Assembly: GCA_964016885.1 (NCBI GenBank)
Contig: OZ024742.1
Coordinates: 68,820,001-68,884,000, forward strand
DNA: 64,000 nt
Source of the DNA: Eledone cirrhosa
Lineage: Eukaryota
Direction of reading: 5' to 3'
Part shown: piece after piece, positions 26,573-40,717 of the stretch
Layout: every line of letters starts with the position of its first letter
Numbering within the stretch: the stretch's first letter is position 1
The notes under the pieces: generated by a model
Databases searched by the model: none
What the model saw: the letters and a program-made list of their open reading frames with translations, nothing else
What the model was told of the DNA's origin: nothing
Position numbers and translations under genes: made by a program

Positions 26573-27220
26573 CCTATAGTTTTCACATGTAAATTAAACT
26601 TTAAAACACTTGTATACAACTGTCATTTTATGCAATTCTACCATGTACAAAAAATGATCAGCTGGATGGTTTGTCTTTATTGAGATTTCATCAGCAACTG
26701 ACTACCTTTTTTAATATTTCACTGTATATACAGCCACTATTATAAAGAGCTGTATCTGTTAGATATGCTAATTTGTCTATGGTGTAACTGTATAAAAAGA
26801 CAGTTGTTTATGATTTTCCAGTGTATTTATTTCATTTCAATTTACACATGCAGTGTTGGCTGAAATATATTGATTTATTCTGTTTTATATTATAACACCA
26901 AAAACCACCATTGTTATCATATCAGTAATATATTAATAAACTAGCTGCCAAATATGTTATTTATGCAAATCAGTTGATCTGATTTAATAAAACCCTTAAT
27001 TATAGTGGCTATATATAAAATATTGTTCTGGTTATGATGGATAGAGATGGGTAGTTAGTAACTGATGAAATCTCAATAAAGATTGAAACTCATCCAGCTA
27101 ATTCCCCTTTTTCTGTCCTTGGAGAAATAATTGTATGAAAAGTCAGTTACTTATGGGTGTCCAGTGTATCTAATTAAGTTCAATTAATTTACACAAACAG
27201 TATTAGCTGAAATCTATAGG
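26573..27220. repeat. Diverged inverted repeat with a hammerhead motif in each arm (Penelope inverted pLTR-like)
   Basis: Minus 26657-26702: TCAGTTG-CTGATGA-AATCTCAATAAAGAC-AAA-CCA-TC-CAGCTGA. Plus 27052-27103: CTGATGA-AATCT..AGATT-GAAA-CTCA-TC-CAGCTAA. Confidence 0.75.
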
Positions 27221-28243
27221 CATCTAAAATGAAAATTACTAATGTGTCTATAGAAAAGGAATATCGTTGTGTAGCACTAGTCAATCTCCATGACTCCAAG
27301 TCAACAAAGGAGCCTTTAAATAGTTGCTTAACCTGCTAGAAATAGCATCCAAACTCCCTCAAACCACATCTCTGCTGTCTTAAAATATTAAGATATTGTA
27401 GTCTCACATACTCCTAAATAGACAAGTTGGTGAAGCTTTGAATGCTTTTAATTAGATCTGCTCAACCAAGGCTGACATGGGGCTAAACAGCAGCAACAAC
27501 AACTATGTCAGTTATATTTTATCTATTCTACAGCCATTGCTTTACAACAAGAACATACATGCTCATTTACACTACTACAACCACTTAATTGCCACCAACA
27601 TGATGCCAAGCACTGAAATCACAAATAGTATCTCATGATTGCAAAGTGAACATCTTAGCCATTCAGTCATGCCTGTAGCTCATATATCATCATCATTATC
27701 ATTTTAACATCTACTTTTCCATTCTTAGTTTGGGTTGGACAGAATGTTTTTGAGTCAGTACTCAATGGTTGGCTGTCCTTCCTGTTGCCAAACCTTATTT
27801 TTAAATATGTGGGCATATTGGTTATTTGAGACATAAAAATATATCACTGTGAAAATTAAAACAATTTCATGAAAATATTTACCAATTGATATTTAAAAAA
27901 AGTTTCTTCCAAGAAAATGTGATATTAGGTTAAAAAGGAATTTATTTTCAATTAACAAGAAATTTATGTAAAACATTAAAGGTCAATCAAATTGAAAACA
28001 TTTTAAAGTGGTAAGTGCTCTGCTGTAAAGATTTAAAAGAGAGAAATAATTTTGAGACTGAAAACTAAAAGTACATTTGAACTTATTGTCTGTCTGCTGA
28101 GAACAGGGTTCTTTCCTGTGGGGTTTATAAACTACAGTGAATGGAGGAATATAAATTATAGGTATGTAGAGCAAGTTGATGGCAGGCAGATATGTTACAT
28201 ATGGAGTAGGTAGTTTTGTTCATTTGGGTTTTACAGATATCTA

Positions 28244-28276
<33 letters not shown>

Positions 28277-28581
28277 GAACAATGCCACAAAGAATGAGGG
28301 GGGGGGGGTTGAACATAGAAGACATGGACAAAATATATCTAAATAATATGCAGAAAGATTTGTAAAATGAAAATAATTATCCTAAATGAGAAGAAAACAA
28401 AAGGATCAGACATTTTGGGTTAAACCTTATACTAAAGAAGAATAAAGGAAAAAACAGGAAAGAAGAAATGTGTTTAGTACAATACCAAGTTATATATATA
28501 TTGAAAATCTAACTATATTTATAACCCATACCAGCAGAGAAATCTGATATTAAATGATGATTTGTAATAATCTTCTGTAAA

Positions 28582-28772
28582 TAATTGTTTCTACTTTTGG
28601 CACAAGTCCAGCAATTATCCCAGTGTATTACTGGTACTTTATTTCATCGACCCCGTAAGGATGAAAAGCAAAGTTAATCTCGGCGGGATTTGAACTCAGA
28701 CCATAAAGGGCTGTAAGTCATTGCTGCCAAGCAATGGCGTCCGACCCTCTACTGATACTGCCATTCCACCGC
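28582..28772 (-). mobile_element. tRNA-derived CORE-type SINE
   Basis: The reverse strand has a B-box GAGTTCAAATCC followed by TTTGCTTTTCATCCTTACGGGGTCGAT. Multicopy in this window. Confidence 0.78.
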
Positions 28773-29188
28773 CCTTCTGAAAATAATGTTATATTAAGTG
28801 TATTCTCCATCTTTGACAATGATGAGATTGCATTTGTTCAACCAACTGAATTTGGCCCAGGTAAATTAATGTGTAAATGTATCCCACAGATATGTGTACT
28901 CTTAATTCTCAGACCAAATCAGCATAACAGAATGTGACAAGTCTAGACTTTTAAAATTACAAGTACAATCCAGAGAGAGAGAGAAAAAGAGAGAATAATC
29001 AACCTCCATACTGTGAAAGGTTGAAAGGAAAAGTTGAACTTAGCTAGAATGATTGTAGCAAAGTATTCTACCCAGCATGATAATGATTCTGCCAATTTGC
29101 TATCTTTGTTGTATTATAATAGAAATAATTAAACCCTCATAAGATGCTGCAGTTACTACCTGCTAATGCTGCTATAATTACGCTTTAA

Positions 29189-29409
29189 CTGTTTAGCATT
29201 TACATTACTCTATATATATTATTGTATTTTTGCAGTAACGGCTTTATTTCACATAATATATCGCATAATATCGAATCTATGAGATTTTGATATTTATTTA
29301 TTTTGAGAACAATACCTTAATATAAGTATGAGTGGCCAGTTACAGCCGGTTTGAACAGAAAGAGGTGAGACAATTCTGGCCAGATACAGCCGTTTTAAAT
29401 GCTAAAGGG
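29189..29409. mobile_element. piggyBac-type MITE with TTAA TSD (second partial copy at about 36919-37093)
   Basis: TTAA-CTGTTTAGCATTTA ... TAAATGCTAAAGGG-TTAA. Confidence 0.75.
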
Positions 29410-30541
29410 TTAAACTACTATTTCTACAATTAATCTGCCAGAAGATGTCAGTGAAAAGTTTAGTAATTTAAAACCTGATTTAAATTGACTTCCATCTTGA
29501 ATTATTTATTCACACTTTAGTATTGTCATGGTGTGTGGCTCAGGGCTTATGGTGTTGAGCTCACAATCATAGACTTGTGGGTTTGAATCCCAGACAAGAT
29601 AGTTCATTGAGGTCTTGAGCATGGTACATTATTTTACTTTGTTCAAGCTCACTCAGCTGAAAATGAACATCATCATCAGAATCTGGGAGTTACCATCGTG
29701 ATGTACTAGTGTCACATCCAGTGGGAAATTTTAAAATTTCTGTCACTTAACAACTAATGAAACTAGGATTAGCTCTGGCCCTCATCCAACCCATGTAGAT
29801 GTTAGTCAGCTCTGATTGAGCAGAGCTTTGATGAATGACATTAAAATCATCCCAATCACCTGTCTGTGATAGTGACATAGTATATCCAGGAACTACATTA
29901 TCCCAAATCCTTTTTTTCTATAAGAGAGTAAAGTGTAATTTGAGGGAGATTTGACTGCTATTTCTAGTAGATCAAGTGATCATGTAGAGGATCCCTTGTA
30001 GGCTCTGGAAAGTCAGAGGTAATATTAGTGGTACATGACTTATGTGAATTATATGGGTTATGTGGTGGGTATGTTTGGCAGGTTACTCATAACAAATGTT
30101 ACACAACACTGCAATCTGACATTAGATAGTAGGACTATTTACTAGATGGGTGGTAAAGATTGGTGTGAGTTGGTAGATAGTGTTCTTCTGAAGTGGGAAG
30201 TAAGAGAAACAAACATACAGTGGTGTTGGTGGTTAAAGCAGTGAATAAATGAAGCAAGGTGTGGGGATGGGAGAAGTAAAGGAAAAGGACTGATGGTGTG
30301 AAGAGGGAGTGGGAAATTATACATGGTATGGATAGTTGAGTGGGTAAGTACTGTAAACATATGGGGGTGGTAAGTGTAGATGTGCAGTTAATACAGAGAA
30401 TAGAAAAACATGTCCAATCTTTCAGTTGAAAGTGTCTGAAACTTCCTTCCATAGTTGTACATTATTTTGTGTCTACTCTATTATCTCTGGTTGTCTGTCC
30501 CCCCCTCTCTCCCTCTTTCTCTCTATATATATATATACATA

Positions 30542-30618
30542 GAGGGTGTTCCCAAAAGTGTATGCCCACTTCCATAAGAATGCTGTTGAAGTGTGTATAC
30601 ATTTGTGGGGATACCCTG
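30542..30618. mobile_element. Very short Tc1/mariner-type MITE
   Basis: TA-GAGGGTGTTCCCAAAAGTGTATG ... TATACATTTGTGGGGATACCCTG-TA. Confidence 0.6.
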
Positions 30619-30825
30619 TATATACATATGTGTGTGTATGTGTGTTAAGGAAACTGCAATTATAGTAAGGTACTCATTACATCAGGTCATGTGGAGGTCA
30701 CTTTTATTTGAAATAAAATAATTTACATACACACACATGTATATACATATGCAGATATGGTTATATACATGCATCCCTAATTAGCAGGGAAAGTGGATGT
30801 TAAATTATGCTACTGTTGATGTATA

Positions 30826-31485
30826 TCTATATATATAAAGTTGTATTTCTGTTTGTTTGTTTGTTTGTTCACAAACTACTCCTATGGTTTTGGAGATAGA
30901 CCCTCCCATAACCATATAAATTCTGAAACTACATTGTCCAGGGTACTTGGATAAGTATATTTCATTTTAATCAAAGAGTTCCCCTGGGGCACAAACCCCC
31001 CGCTGAAAAAGTTTTCGCTTAAATTTATATGAAATTTAAACCATAGGTAAATGACAAGATATGATGCCTATTCACAAAATTTCAGCAAAATTCAATAATA
31101 TTAAAACACCCTAATGGAGGTTAAACCCCCTATTAGGATTCCCCGGGCACAAACCACTGCTGAAAATTTTTTCCTTTCGATTTATATGAAATTTAAACCA
31201 TAGGTAAATGACAAGATATGATGCCTATTCACAAAAGTTTTGAATTGATATTTTGAAAAAAAATTATTTACAAGAAACAAAATAAGAATAAGATTTAATA
31301 ATGTAATTTTGATTTGATATATTACAAAAAATAATGTTTTCCAATATTTCATGCATTACATTTTACATTGAGTAATATTGAAATGCAGAGTTTTTCTCCA
31401 TAAATTATATCACTGACTTAAAATCAATCATCATTTTCTTACAAAAAATGCGTGAAACGCAGCAAGGCATGGGTAATTCAACTAG
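30826..31485 (+). mobile_element. Non-autonomous Helitron
   Basis: 5' TCTATATATATAAAG plus (GTTT)n, an internal ~160-bp duplication, and a 3' CTAG, inserted at A/T. Confidence 0.75.
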
Positions 31486-31489
31486 TATA

Positions 31490-33277
31490 TATCATCATCA
31501 TCATCATCAGGTTTAGCGTCCGTGTTCCACGCTTGCATGGGTTTGGACGGGGGTTTTCCCACTTGAGGCAAGAGTGGTTGTCTTGCTCGCATAGGACTGT
31601 CTGGCAGGTTTTTACCGTGTTGCCTACACGGCCACATTTACAGCGTGGACTGTGTGTTTTTTTGTCGTGACACCTACACGATCTCATTTGTTTCGGCCTG
31701 GATGTTGTGGGACCAACATAACTGTACATTGAAAGGGGCGGTGTGGATGGGGTGGAGGTGGTGGGACGGGGGGGGGTGTGTGTTTTGATAGAGATGCCTA
31801 CTGACTGTAGTAGGTTTTTACTTTGTATTTAGGTAAGGCGGGTCTTCTCTATTACTGAGTACCGCCAAAGGTCTCGGTCCAGTGACATTGTCTTGGAGAG
31901 GTGTAAGCGTGTGAGGTCGGAATTTATCAGCTCGTCCCATGTTTTTCTGGGTCTGCCTACTCCGTGGCTACCGTCTATCTTTATTGCCCTGCACTTTGTT
32001 ATACAGCTGTCGTCTTTCATGCGCATCACGTGACCGTACCAACGTAGCCTTCTCTCGAGTAAACAACATCTGATCCCTCTTATTTCTAATTTTTTCCTTA
32101 GTTCGTTTATGCTTTGCCGTTCACGTATATTACTATTGCACATCCAGCGGAACATGCAAGCTTCGTTCCTCTCTAGTCTGCGTATATCCTCTGCACACAA
32201 TGCCCAGGTCTCACTGCCATGCAGCATTGCTGTTCGTATGCAGGCATCGTATAACCTGCCTTTCATTTTTAGGGAGAACCCTCTAGCGGCTAATAGTGGT
32301 ATAAGCTCTCTGAACTTTTTCCATCCAGTTCTGACTCTAGCTACTGTACTTTCAGAGCACCCTCCCCCACTGCTGATTTTGTCACCCAGGTAACGGAAGC
32401 TGTCCACTATTTCTATAGAACCCTCTGCGCAGTTGAAGGAGCTAGTATTTTGTGGGCACTTGCTGCTACTTATTGCACCAGAGCACCGGCCACATGTAAA
32501 ATCTATGTTCTTAGTTAGCTTACCTGTGATCCCACTACATCTTTTATGCACCCATACTTTGCATTTGGGACATAAAATGGAGTTTCTACCTACGTCTTTC
32601 CTACACACTGAGCATGGCCATTTCCCAGATGGGACTGCCGCCATATTTTCTTTCCTACAAACTAGAACTTTTGTCTTAGCCAGGTTAATTTTAAGGCCTT
32701 TTGATTCTAGGCCGTGCTTCCATGTTTGGAATTTCTTCTCTAGTTCGGTCATTTGATTCAGCTATGAGCGTTAGATCATCTGCGTATAGGAGTTCCCATG
32801 GGCAGCCGGTCTTGAACTCCTCTGTTATAGCCTGAAGGGCAATAATAAATAGTAGGGGGCTAAGAACAGAGCCCTGATGGACACCAACTTTTACGCTAAA
32901 CTCTTCACTATATTCGTTGTTAATTCTAACCTTACTGACTGTTTCTTTATACATGGCTTGTATAGCTCTCACAAGCCATTCGTCAACACCTAGTTTTCTA
33001 AGAGACCACCAGGTAATGGAACGGGGGACTCTGTCGAAGGCTTTCTCCAAGTCGACGAAAGCTAAGTATAGGGGTTTACTTTTAGCTAGGTACTTCTCCT
33101 GTAGTTGTCGTACAATGAAAAGAGCGTCTGTGGTACTTTTGCCTGACACAAATCCGAACTGCATTTCATCTAGATCAATTCTCTCTCTGATTAGTTGCGC
33201 TATTACTTTTTCCGTGACCTTCATGACCTGGTCGATTAATTTAATGCCTCTATAGTTACTCCTATCTAGGGCATCTC
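31490..33277 (-). mobile_element. 5'-truncated, little-decayed RTE LINE in ALG14 intron 2
   Basis: ORFs 32691-33224 (RT to YADD) and 31829-32752 are joined by one frameshift. 3'UTR and (TGA)n tail present. Confidence 0.94.
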
Positions 33278-34061
33278 ATATGTATAAGGGATAACAAAAT
33301 ATCGTTGTAGGTAATCCAGTTAGAGGTTGTGAATACTCCGTATTGTGGATAGTTTTAGTGTATGGCATTGTTTGACTCAACAAGAGGTTTCCGTAGGTAG
33401 CGAGTTTGTGAGTTCTCTTGAATTCCTATGTAAGTTTACAAATTCAAATTACAACATCATTAATAAAGAGAGAGAAAAAAAGAGAGAAAAAAGAAAATAT
33501 ATAGAGAAAAAAGACACTAACTACTGTACAGAGTATACTGGGTGTGTTTTATCATGTCCCCAACACTAGATAGGTTGTCATGCTCTAGACACAACTGAAG
33601 AGTCTCCTCAACCTTGTTTTGATATTTTACAGCTGGAGGCCCTTCCTATCATCAACCACCTTTCAGTATGTATTGGGTGCATTTTTCTTGGCTCAGCACT
33701 AAAGAGGTTGCTATGTCATGACTGTAGGGTCCTCTGAAACCTTTTATCTTTTATCTTCATCCTTTTCTCTTCTTTCTTTTTTCTGTATATCTTTCTTTCT
33801 CTCTTTTTTTTTTTTTTTTTCTTCTCTTTTTTTCTCTCTCTCTTTCTTTATTAATGATGTTGTAATTTAAATTTGTAAACGCTGAGCATATTTTTAACAG
33901 TCCCTTCTAATGATCTGGTTAAGCTAACAACGTATTTAAGGATTGAGTAGCACAACTTCAAGTGTTCAGCAATTTTTAGACAACTTAATCAGTGAAACAA
34001 TTGTTCATACTGTAAATAAAACCCTTTTTTGTACTGTTGACCATGTTATTCTTCACTCTTT

Positions 34062-34104
<43 letters not shown>

Positions 34105-34105
<1 letters not shown>

Positions 34106-36420
34106 TAGCAGCTGAGCCCGGTTGCACTCGGGGTCACTTTTTATTGAAAAATATTATTGAAAGTTTATAATAAAGAAGCTGTATCAGGAAAAAAAAAAAA
34201 AAATATGCACTTGGGGCTGGACAACGTACAATGAGAAGTGGAGCGACGTGAAAAGCGTTGAGACACATTGAGTGGCGACGGAAGAGGAATGGCAGAAGCT
34301 TCAAAGGTGTTGTTGCAGTGCTTCTTTGTAGACAACATTCCTGGTATTACCCGGATTACCACAAATGTAGAGATTCTGTGGACTGCTGACATGTGAGCAC
34401 CCGACATATAGTTGGCCTAAATCTACTGTGTCAGATTTAGGCCAACTACTTGCAGCGACTGTCCCTGTGCCTTGTTGATACTCATTGCAAAGCAGAGTTT
34501 TACGGGAAACTGCTGTCTCGTAAAATCAAATGGGACGTCAGAGGGACTAAGGCTTATAGGGGATAATAACTTTGTCCCGCCAGCAGACGGTCTGCTCAGA
34601 ATTTTTGTCGTAAGAATTTGTGTCCCAATTTTTTTGATGATCAGACGCGTCCTGTTGCATAGTTCCGGTGGTTCCATGTTTCTTTGTAGCATAACTGGAA
34701 CACCAACCTTCAGTCTAAGGTCATGAGGTGGAGTCCAGGAGGGTGTTGACTGTTGAGGAATTCAATCAGATAGTTGACGGCGTCGTCCGCGTTTTTTGTT
34801 GGTGTCAATTGACTTGAAGGAGACTTCACCTGGAATCTGATCAAGCAGATGTTGATTCATTGCGTCAACGGTGGCATTATGTGGTACTAAAATAGCTCTC
34901 CCTTGCAGCCAAGGAATCGTGCTTCGAGGTCTGGGAAAACAGATGACATTAATTCCTCTATGCTTGATACAAAGTTTCCAAACGGCAGACGGATGTGCTG
35001 TTCATCGATTCCAGGTGTAGTTACATTACCAACTTCCAGTAGCTGTTTTGAGAAATCCTCAGATTCTGCGTCGCCATGCACATGCACTCTCATGTTAGTA
35101 GTCAGGTTTAGTTTCTGAAGTCTCCTCCAGAATTGTGCTTTGGTGCTGATGGAGCTGCTCATAAGGAGAGGTTACCTAAATGGGTAAAAAAAAAATAACC
35201 GACATGGATGTGATCTATTAGCTGTGTGTGGGCATCATATTCAACATTATAATGGAAAAACAATATTAAAAGAAGACATGAAGGCGAATTAGCCATCGAA
35301 GTAGTTATAAAAGGATAATAGCAATAACTGTAAATGTAGAAGTGATAGTTTATTAACAGCGAAATAGCAATATCGATGAAATGCAAGTTTAAAAATGTAG
35401 ATTATGAAGGTTTGTATGATAGTTTACATTTTGATTGCCCTGGTCAGCAAGAGGGGCCTCTATATATTAGACGTTTATTAGAAGAGGGGGAAATAACTAA
35501 CCCCAGTATTATAACAGGAGGGTTCGCAATGTAAGGGTTTTATTTCTTTTGTTTGAAAACAGTGACCTTTTTCGGATTGGCATTTCGTAAAATCCTACTG
35601 CAGAATCGATTTCATAAAACGGTACTGTATGATCGTTATAGAAGTATTTAAATTTAATATACAGCAACTATAATTGAAAAAGGAAAATGAAACGTACTGT
35701 AGAAGGTTTATTAACAGCGAAATAACGTTGTCTTTGATATGTTATTTTAAATAAGACAATGAATATTAAAAAAAAAACTGAATTAATTAACTCGGCAACC
35801 AAAGGGCTTATAGATCCCATTCATTAAGTTTACATGCATTTATTCTTTAAAGTTTTCATTTGACTTTGAAAAATACTACTTACTGTTAGTGGTGGTTAAC
35901 ATGTATTAGAATTAAAATAAAAATTATATCAGAAAAAACGTACCTGAGAACACGTCTCCTTTCTTCGCAATTTAAGGGTTTTATTTCTTTTGATGGAAAA
36001 CAGTGACCATTTGGTTTGGAATTTCGTAAAATGGTACTGCAGAATCGATTTCATAAAACGGTACTGTATGTTAACAGCGAAAGAACGTTGTGTTTGATAT
36101 GTTATGAAAAAATTGATGAGTTTAAAACTTTGTATGAAATTGTAAATAAGACAATGAATATTGAAAGCGACTACGGAAAATAACTCATCCAAGTATTAGA
36201 ACAGGGGGAAATAACTCACTGAAAGCGATAGTAAATAGACCATTTTGGGGCCCTAGGGACCACATTTTTCAAGTTAGAGATTTGAAACCTCGTATATTTG
36301 CTTCCTTGGCACTTTTTACATAGGTGTGTAAATTTTCATGTCCGTCCGACCACGTCTACTACCATTTAACCGTGCACAACTGAATTTCAACCACCACCCA
36401 TTTCACAAATATATATTAGA
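34105..36420 (-). mobile_element. Deleted Helitron with Pif1-like helicase remnant and both termini
   Basis: LTTNMRV..FSKQLLEVGN and RQQFPVKLCFAMSINKAQGQSL. 3' hairpin CCCGAGTGCAACCGGG then CTAG at 34105. 5' TCTAATATATA at 36420. Confidence 0.88.
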
Positions 36421-36659
36421 TATATATATGTATATATACACACATGCTAACGTGGAAGATAGACGTTAAACGATGATGATGATCATATATATATATAATT
36501 TAAACATAGAGGTAAATTGTATATTTAATAAATGGTTTCAGTCGGAAAACCACAGTACAATGATAATGGTGTACATCTGTACATATTTTATGTATCCACA
36601 AAGTAGTGTATCCTAGCTCAAAAACAAATTATTAGCAATTTTGGTTCCTGTATAGAATA

Positions 36660-36808
36660 GTGATTAATTCCATTAGTCCCTTTGCGGTCTGAGTTCAAAT
36701 CCCACCGCGGTTAACTTTGCCTTTCATCCTTACGGGGTCGATAAAATAAAGTACCAGTAATGCACTGGGTAATTGATGGCCTTGTGCCAAAAGTAGAAAC
36801 AATTATTT
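36660..36808 (+). mobile_element. tRNA-derived CORE-type SINE (partial)
   Basis: GAGTTCAAATCCCACCGCGGTTAACTTTGCCTTTCATCCTTACGGGGTCGATAAAATAAAGTACCAG. Older copies are scattered through 37600-42200. Confidence 0.78.
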
Positions 36809-38146
36809 GAATAGTTAAAAAATTCTAAATAAAGCATGGTGTAAGGGAGATAAATCTGTGTGATTAGAGAAGATGGTTATATCCTTTCCCAAATTGATCT
36901 GGGTTGATCAGAGGTAGTTTAACTCTTTAGCATTTACATTACTCTATATTTACTATTGTATTTTCACAGTAAACACTTTATCTCACATAAATATCTAACA
37001 TATTATCGGATCTACAAGACTGTGATAGTATTTATTTTGAGACCAATACCTTAACATAAGTATGAGCAGCCAGATACGGCTGGTTTAAATGCTATCCTGG
37101 AATAAAACACTTGATGACAATCTTTCAAACTGAACAAAACATAATGGAGATATAAATTTTAGGTGCAGGCATGGCTGTTTGACTAAGAACTTCACTTCAC
37201 AACCACATGGTTTCAAGTTCAATCCTACTGAATGACACCTTGGGCAAGTGTTTTCTATGAAAGCCTTGCTAACAAATATTTTGTCAATGAAATTTGGTAG
37301 TTGAAAACTGAAATCTCATTGTATATATGTGTTTGTGTATAATCACACACGCATGTGTGTATGACTACCTGTGTCTTCTGTTTGACACCACCTAAACCAG
37401 TGCTGTTTGGTCCTTGCCTGCACAAACAATATGTCCCTCAGTTTAGCAGTTCAATAGGTAAGGATGAGAGAAATAGGCAGCATTCTTAAAAATAAGGGAG
37501 GCCTTAAAATACTGCCTTGAAAACGACTCATCCAATTCATGGAAAAATGGATGTAAAAGCGATTGTGATGTTCATGATGGCATTTCAAATATGAGGTTAC
37601 TAATAGTTTTGTAAATTATAATTATATTATTTCAAATATAAGGTGGTGCATTGGCTACAGCATTGAATAAAATACCTTCCAATATTTATTCTGGCTCCTT
37701 ATATTCCAATATTAAGTTACATCAAAGTCACCTTTGCCTTTCCTCCTTGGGTTGATAAAATACTAAATGAGAGTGATGGACTGATGGAATAGTTAAAATG
37801 TTTGACAGGACATCTTGGAGTATTTATTCAAGGTCTTTGCATTATAGGTTCAAATAACACTGAGGACCATTGCATAGTAGACTTAATCTGTCGCCTGATT
37901 TAAACACCCTCCCCTGGTCCTTGGATGCTTTTAGCAATGTCCACACTTATGCAAGTTTTTAGATAAGGTCTCTGATTTTCTTGACTGTGATGAGAAAAAT
38001 TAAAATGCTTTAGTATATTGAATTTTTTAGTCTCTCATCTATGTGTTTGTGATATCCTATTTTTACTGTTACTGTTGATGTTGTTATTGTTACTGTTACT
38101 GTTTGTCTAAGATTCTACCATTTTTCCTGTCTTCCCTCTATTGCAG

Positions 38147-38269
38147 TATAAAGTCTACCACATTCCACGTAGTCGAGAAGTTGGACAGTCGTATTTCACC
38201 TCTATTTATTCCACAGTTTATGCCTGCTTCTTTTGCTTCCCTCTGGTTCGTAGGATCCATCCTGATCTA
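38147..38269 (+). CDS. ALG14: ALG14 coding exon 3
   Basis: Polypyrimidine tract and CAG. Encodes YKVYHIPRSREVGQSYFTSIYSTVYACFFCFPLVRRIHPDL. GTAAGT donor. Confidence 0.97.
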
Positions 38270-40538
38270 GTAAGTAATAAGTATTTCACAAATTCGCTCC
38301 AGTAGTCAATAGAGTAATAGTCACATGCAAGGAGTTAATTCAGCCTCTCCTTACAAATTTGTACCAATGTTAAAAAGATATTAGAATCAGTAGAGCAACA
38401 GACAACATACCTTGTGATAATTAGTTATGTCTCTTTATGTTTAAATTCTGTTGAGGTTAGCTTTACTTGTTACCCTTTCAATGTCAATAAAGTGCCAGTC
38501 AAGTAATGGTTGATTTAATCTACTAATCTTCCTCATTGCCCACCTTTATAAATTTGTGGTCTTGTGACTACATTAGGTATAATAATAATAATCATCGTCA
38601 TTTAACACCTGTTTTCCCTGCTAGCAAGGGTTGATGGGTCATCACAGACAATGTCACTCATAATTAGAACCACTGATGATTTCTCAGATAAGCTAGGATC
38701 TGCATCTTGCTTACATACGTTAGCACACTCTACAGGGTGCACCATGCATTTAATCATGGCCCCTGCACTAGGGAGGTTGTCATGTCTTTGATGCAACTGA
38801 AGAGTCTGCTCCACTCTTTGGTTATTTTTATCTGGCTAGATGCCCTTCCTGTCACTAACCACTGTACATAGTATACTGGGTGTGTTTTATCATGTCACCA
38901 ACACTAGATAGGTTGTCATGCTCTAGACACAAGGTCTCCTCAACCTTGTTTTGATATTTTACAGCTGGAGGCCCTTCCTATCATCAAACACCTTTCAGTA
39001 TGTATTGGGTGCATTTTTCTTGGCACCAGCACTAAAGAGGTTGCTATGTCATGACTGAAACCTTTTTGGCACTGTTTTTATAGCTGGATGGCCTTCCTAT
39101 AATATATCACCTTATAGGGTGTATTGTGAACATTTTCATAGCACCAACATTAGAGAGGTTGTGAGTCATTAACTCCCTCTCAATCCTATGGTGGAGATAG
39201 GATGAGGGGTGGCTGGAAGGATAAGTATGATGCCATGGGTGAGTGACAATAGACAGGAGGGAAGAAGACAACGTAATGTCATGGTGGGGGATAAGTATAA
39301 TGTCATAGACACATGATAGGTCTGGTGGGGTTCAAAGTGGAGATGAGAAGGGGAGGGAAAAGGGGGAAAAGAACTGCACAAGTTCCATGCACTGACTTTT
39401 CTGCATCTCCTCATACAGCTGTTATCTTCTAATAACATAACATGTTCATACCAATGCATTCTTCCCTCGTGTACTCCTCATCAGATTCCTTCTACAAAAA
39501 GTCCTTCTCTCAACCCATCCGCATCCTAGATACACTGGAGCATACTCACCCCACTTCTCTCCAACCCCCATTAGGGTCCTGCTGTCAAAACTCGCTGCCA
39601 TGCAACATCGTCACTCTCACATAAGCATCATATAGCTTACTCCGCACTCCAAGAGAGAAGCTCCCCCCATTATCAGCAGAGGGATTAGCTCCCTAAATCT
39701 TCAGCTCATTTCCACTCTCACTTCAGCTACCACTCTTTTAAGAGCACCCACCGCCTTTATTATTAAGGCAGTAGAATGTCAAATAACGTGCCTTCTGGCA
39801 TCCAGTTATGCCTCTTTACATTCTGATTTTGAATCAATCAACTTTTTCTTTCATCATTCTGATAAAATAAAGCACCAGTTTCGAACTGGGGTAAATTTAA
39901 TTGGCTATATCTGCACCCAAATTTAAAGCATTGTTTCTCTAACTATTCAATATTTGATTGTAACTCTTTATGTTTTGACAAATCCTGCTGAGGTTGACTT
40001 AGCTAATCAAGTACTAATCAAATAAAATGATCTACTTAACTATATTCCTCCTTCAATATATGTGATATTGAAATTATATCGTCGTCTTCGTCAACATCAT
40101 CATGGTTTTTATATCTATTTTCCCAAGCTTACATGGGTTGAATAAGATCTTTTTTCTGGCAAATTTTGCTCAAGCCAGATGCTCTACCTAATACCAACCT
40201 ACTCATTTTATCAAGTACAGTATATGCCACCATCATTTCATCACACTGCAACACTACTAGATGTATTGTTTATAGGGTACTTGAACAACTGTGATTGCAG
40301 GCTTATATTGGTGTCATTATAATGTTTGCAGCAATTGGTGGACGTGCACCCATGTACTCACATCTACACGCACATATCTTTATATAGACATCCTACAGAT
40401 TCCATCCACTAAATTCATTCATGTGGCTTTATTTGATCCAGAGCTATAGTCGAAGATACTCACCTAAGATGCCATGCAGTACGACCAAAATGCAGGTTTT
40501 TAAAATGAATCTTCCAGTCACAGAGCCATGCCTGTTGC

Positions 40539-40613
<75 letters not shown>

Positions 40614-40717
40614 CATCATCAGTAACTTTAATAATAATAAGTGTTGCTATTATTGGGTATATACTTAACCGGAAGGTTTGAAGCTCAATGCAGTAGGGTT
40701 CATGCAGAGCTGATATA

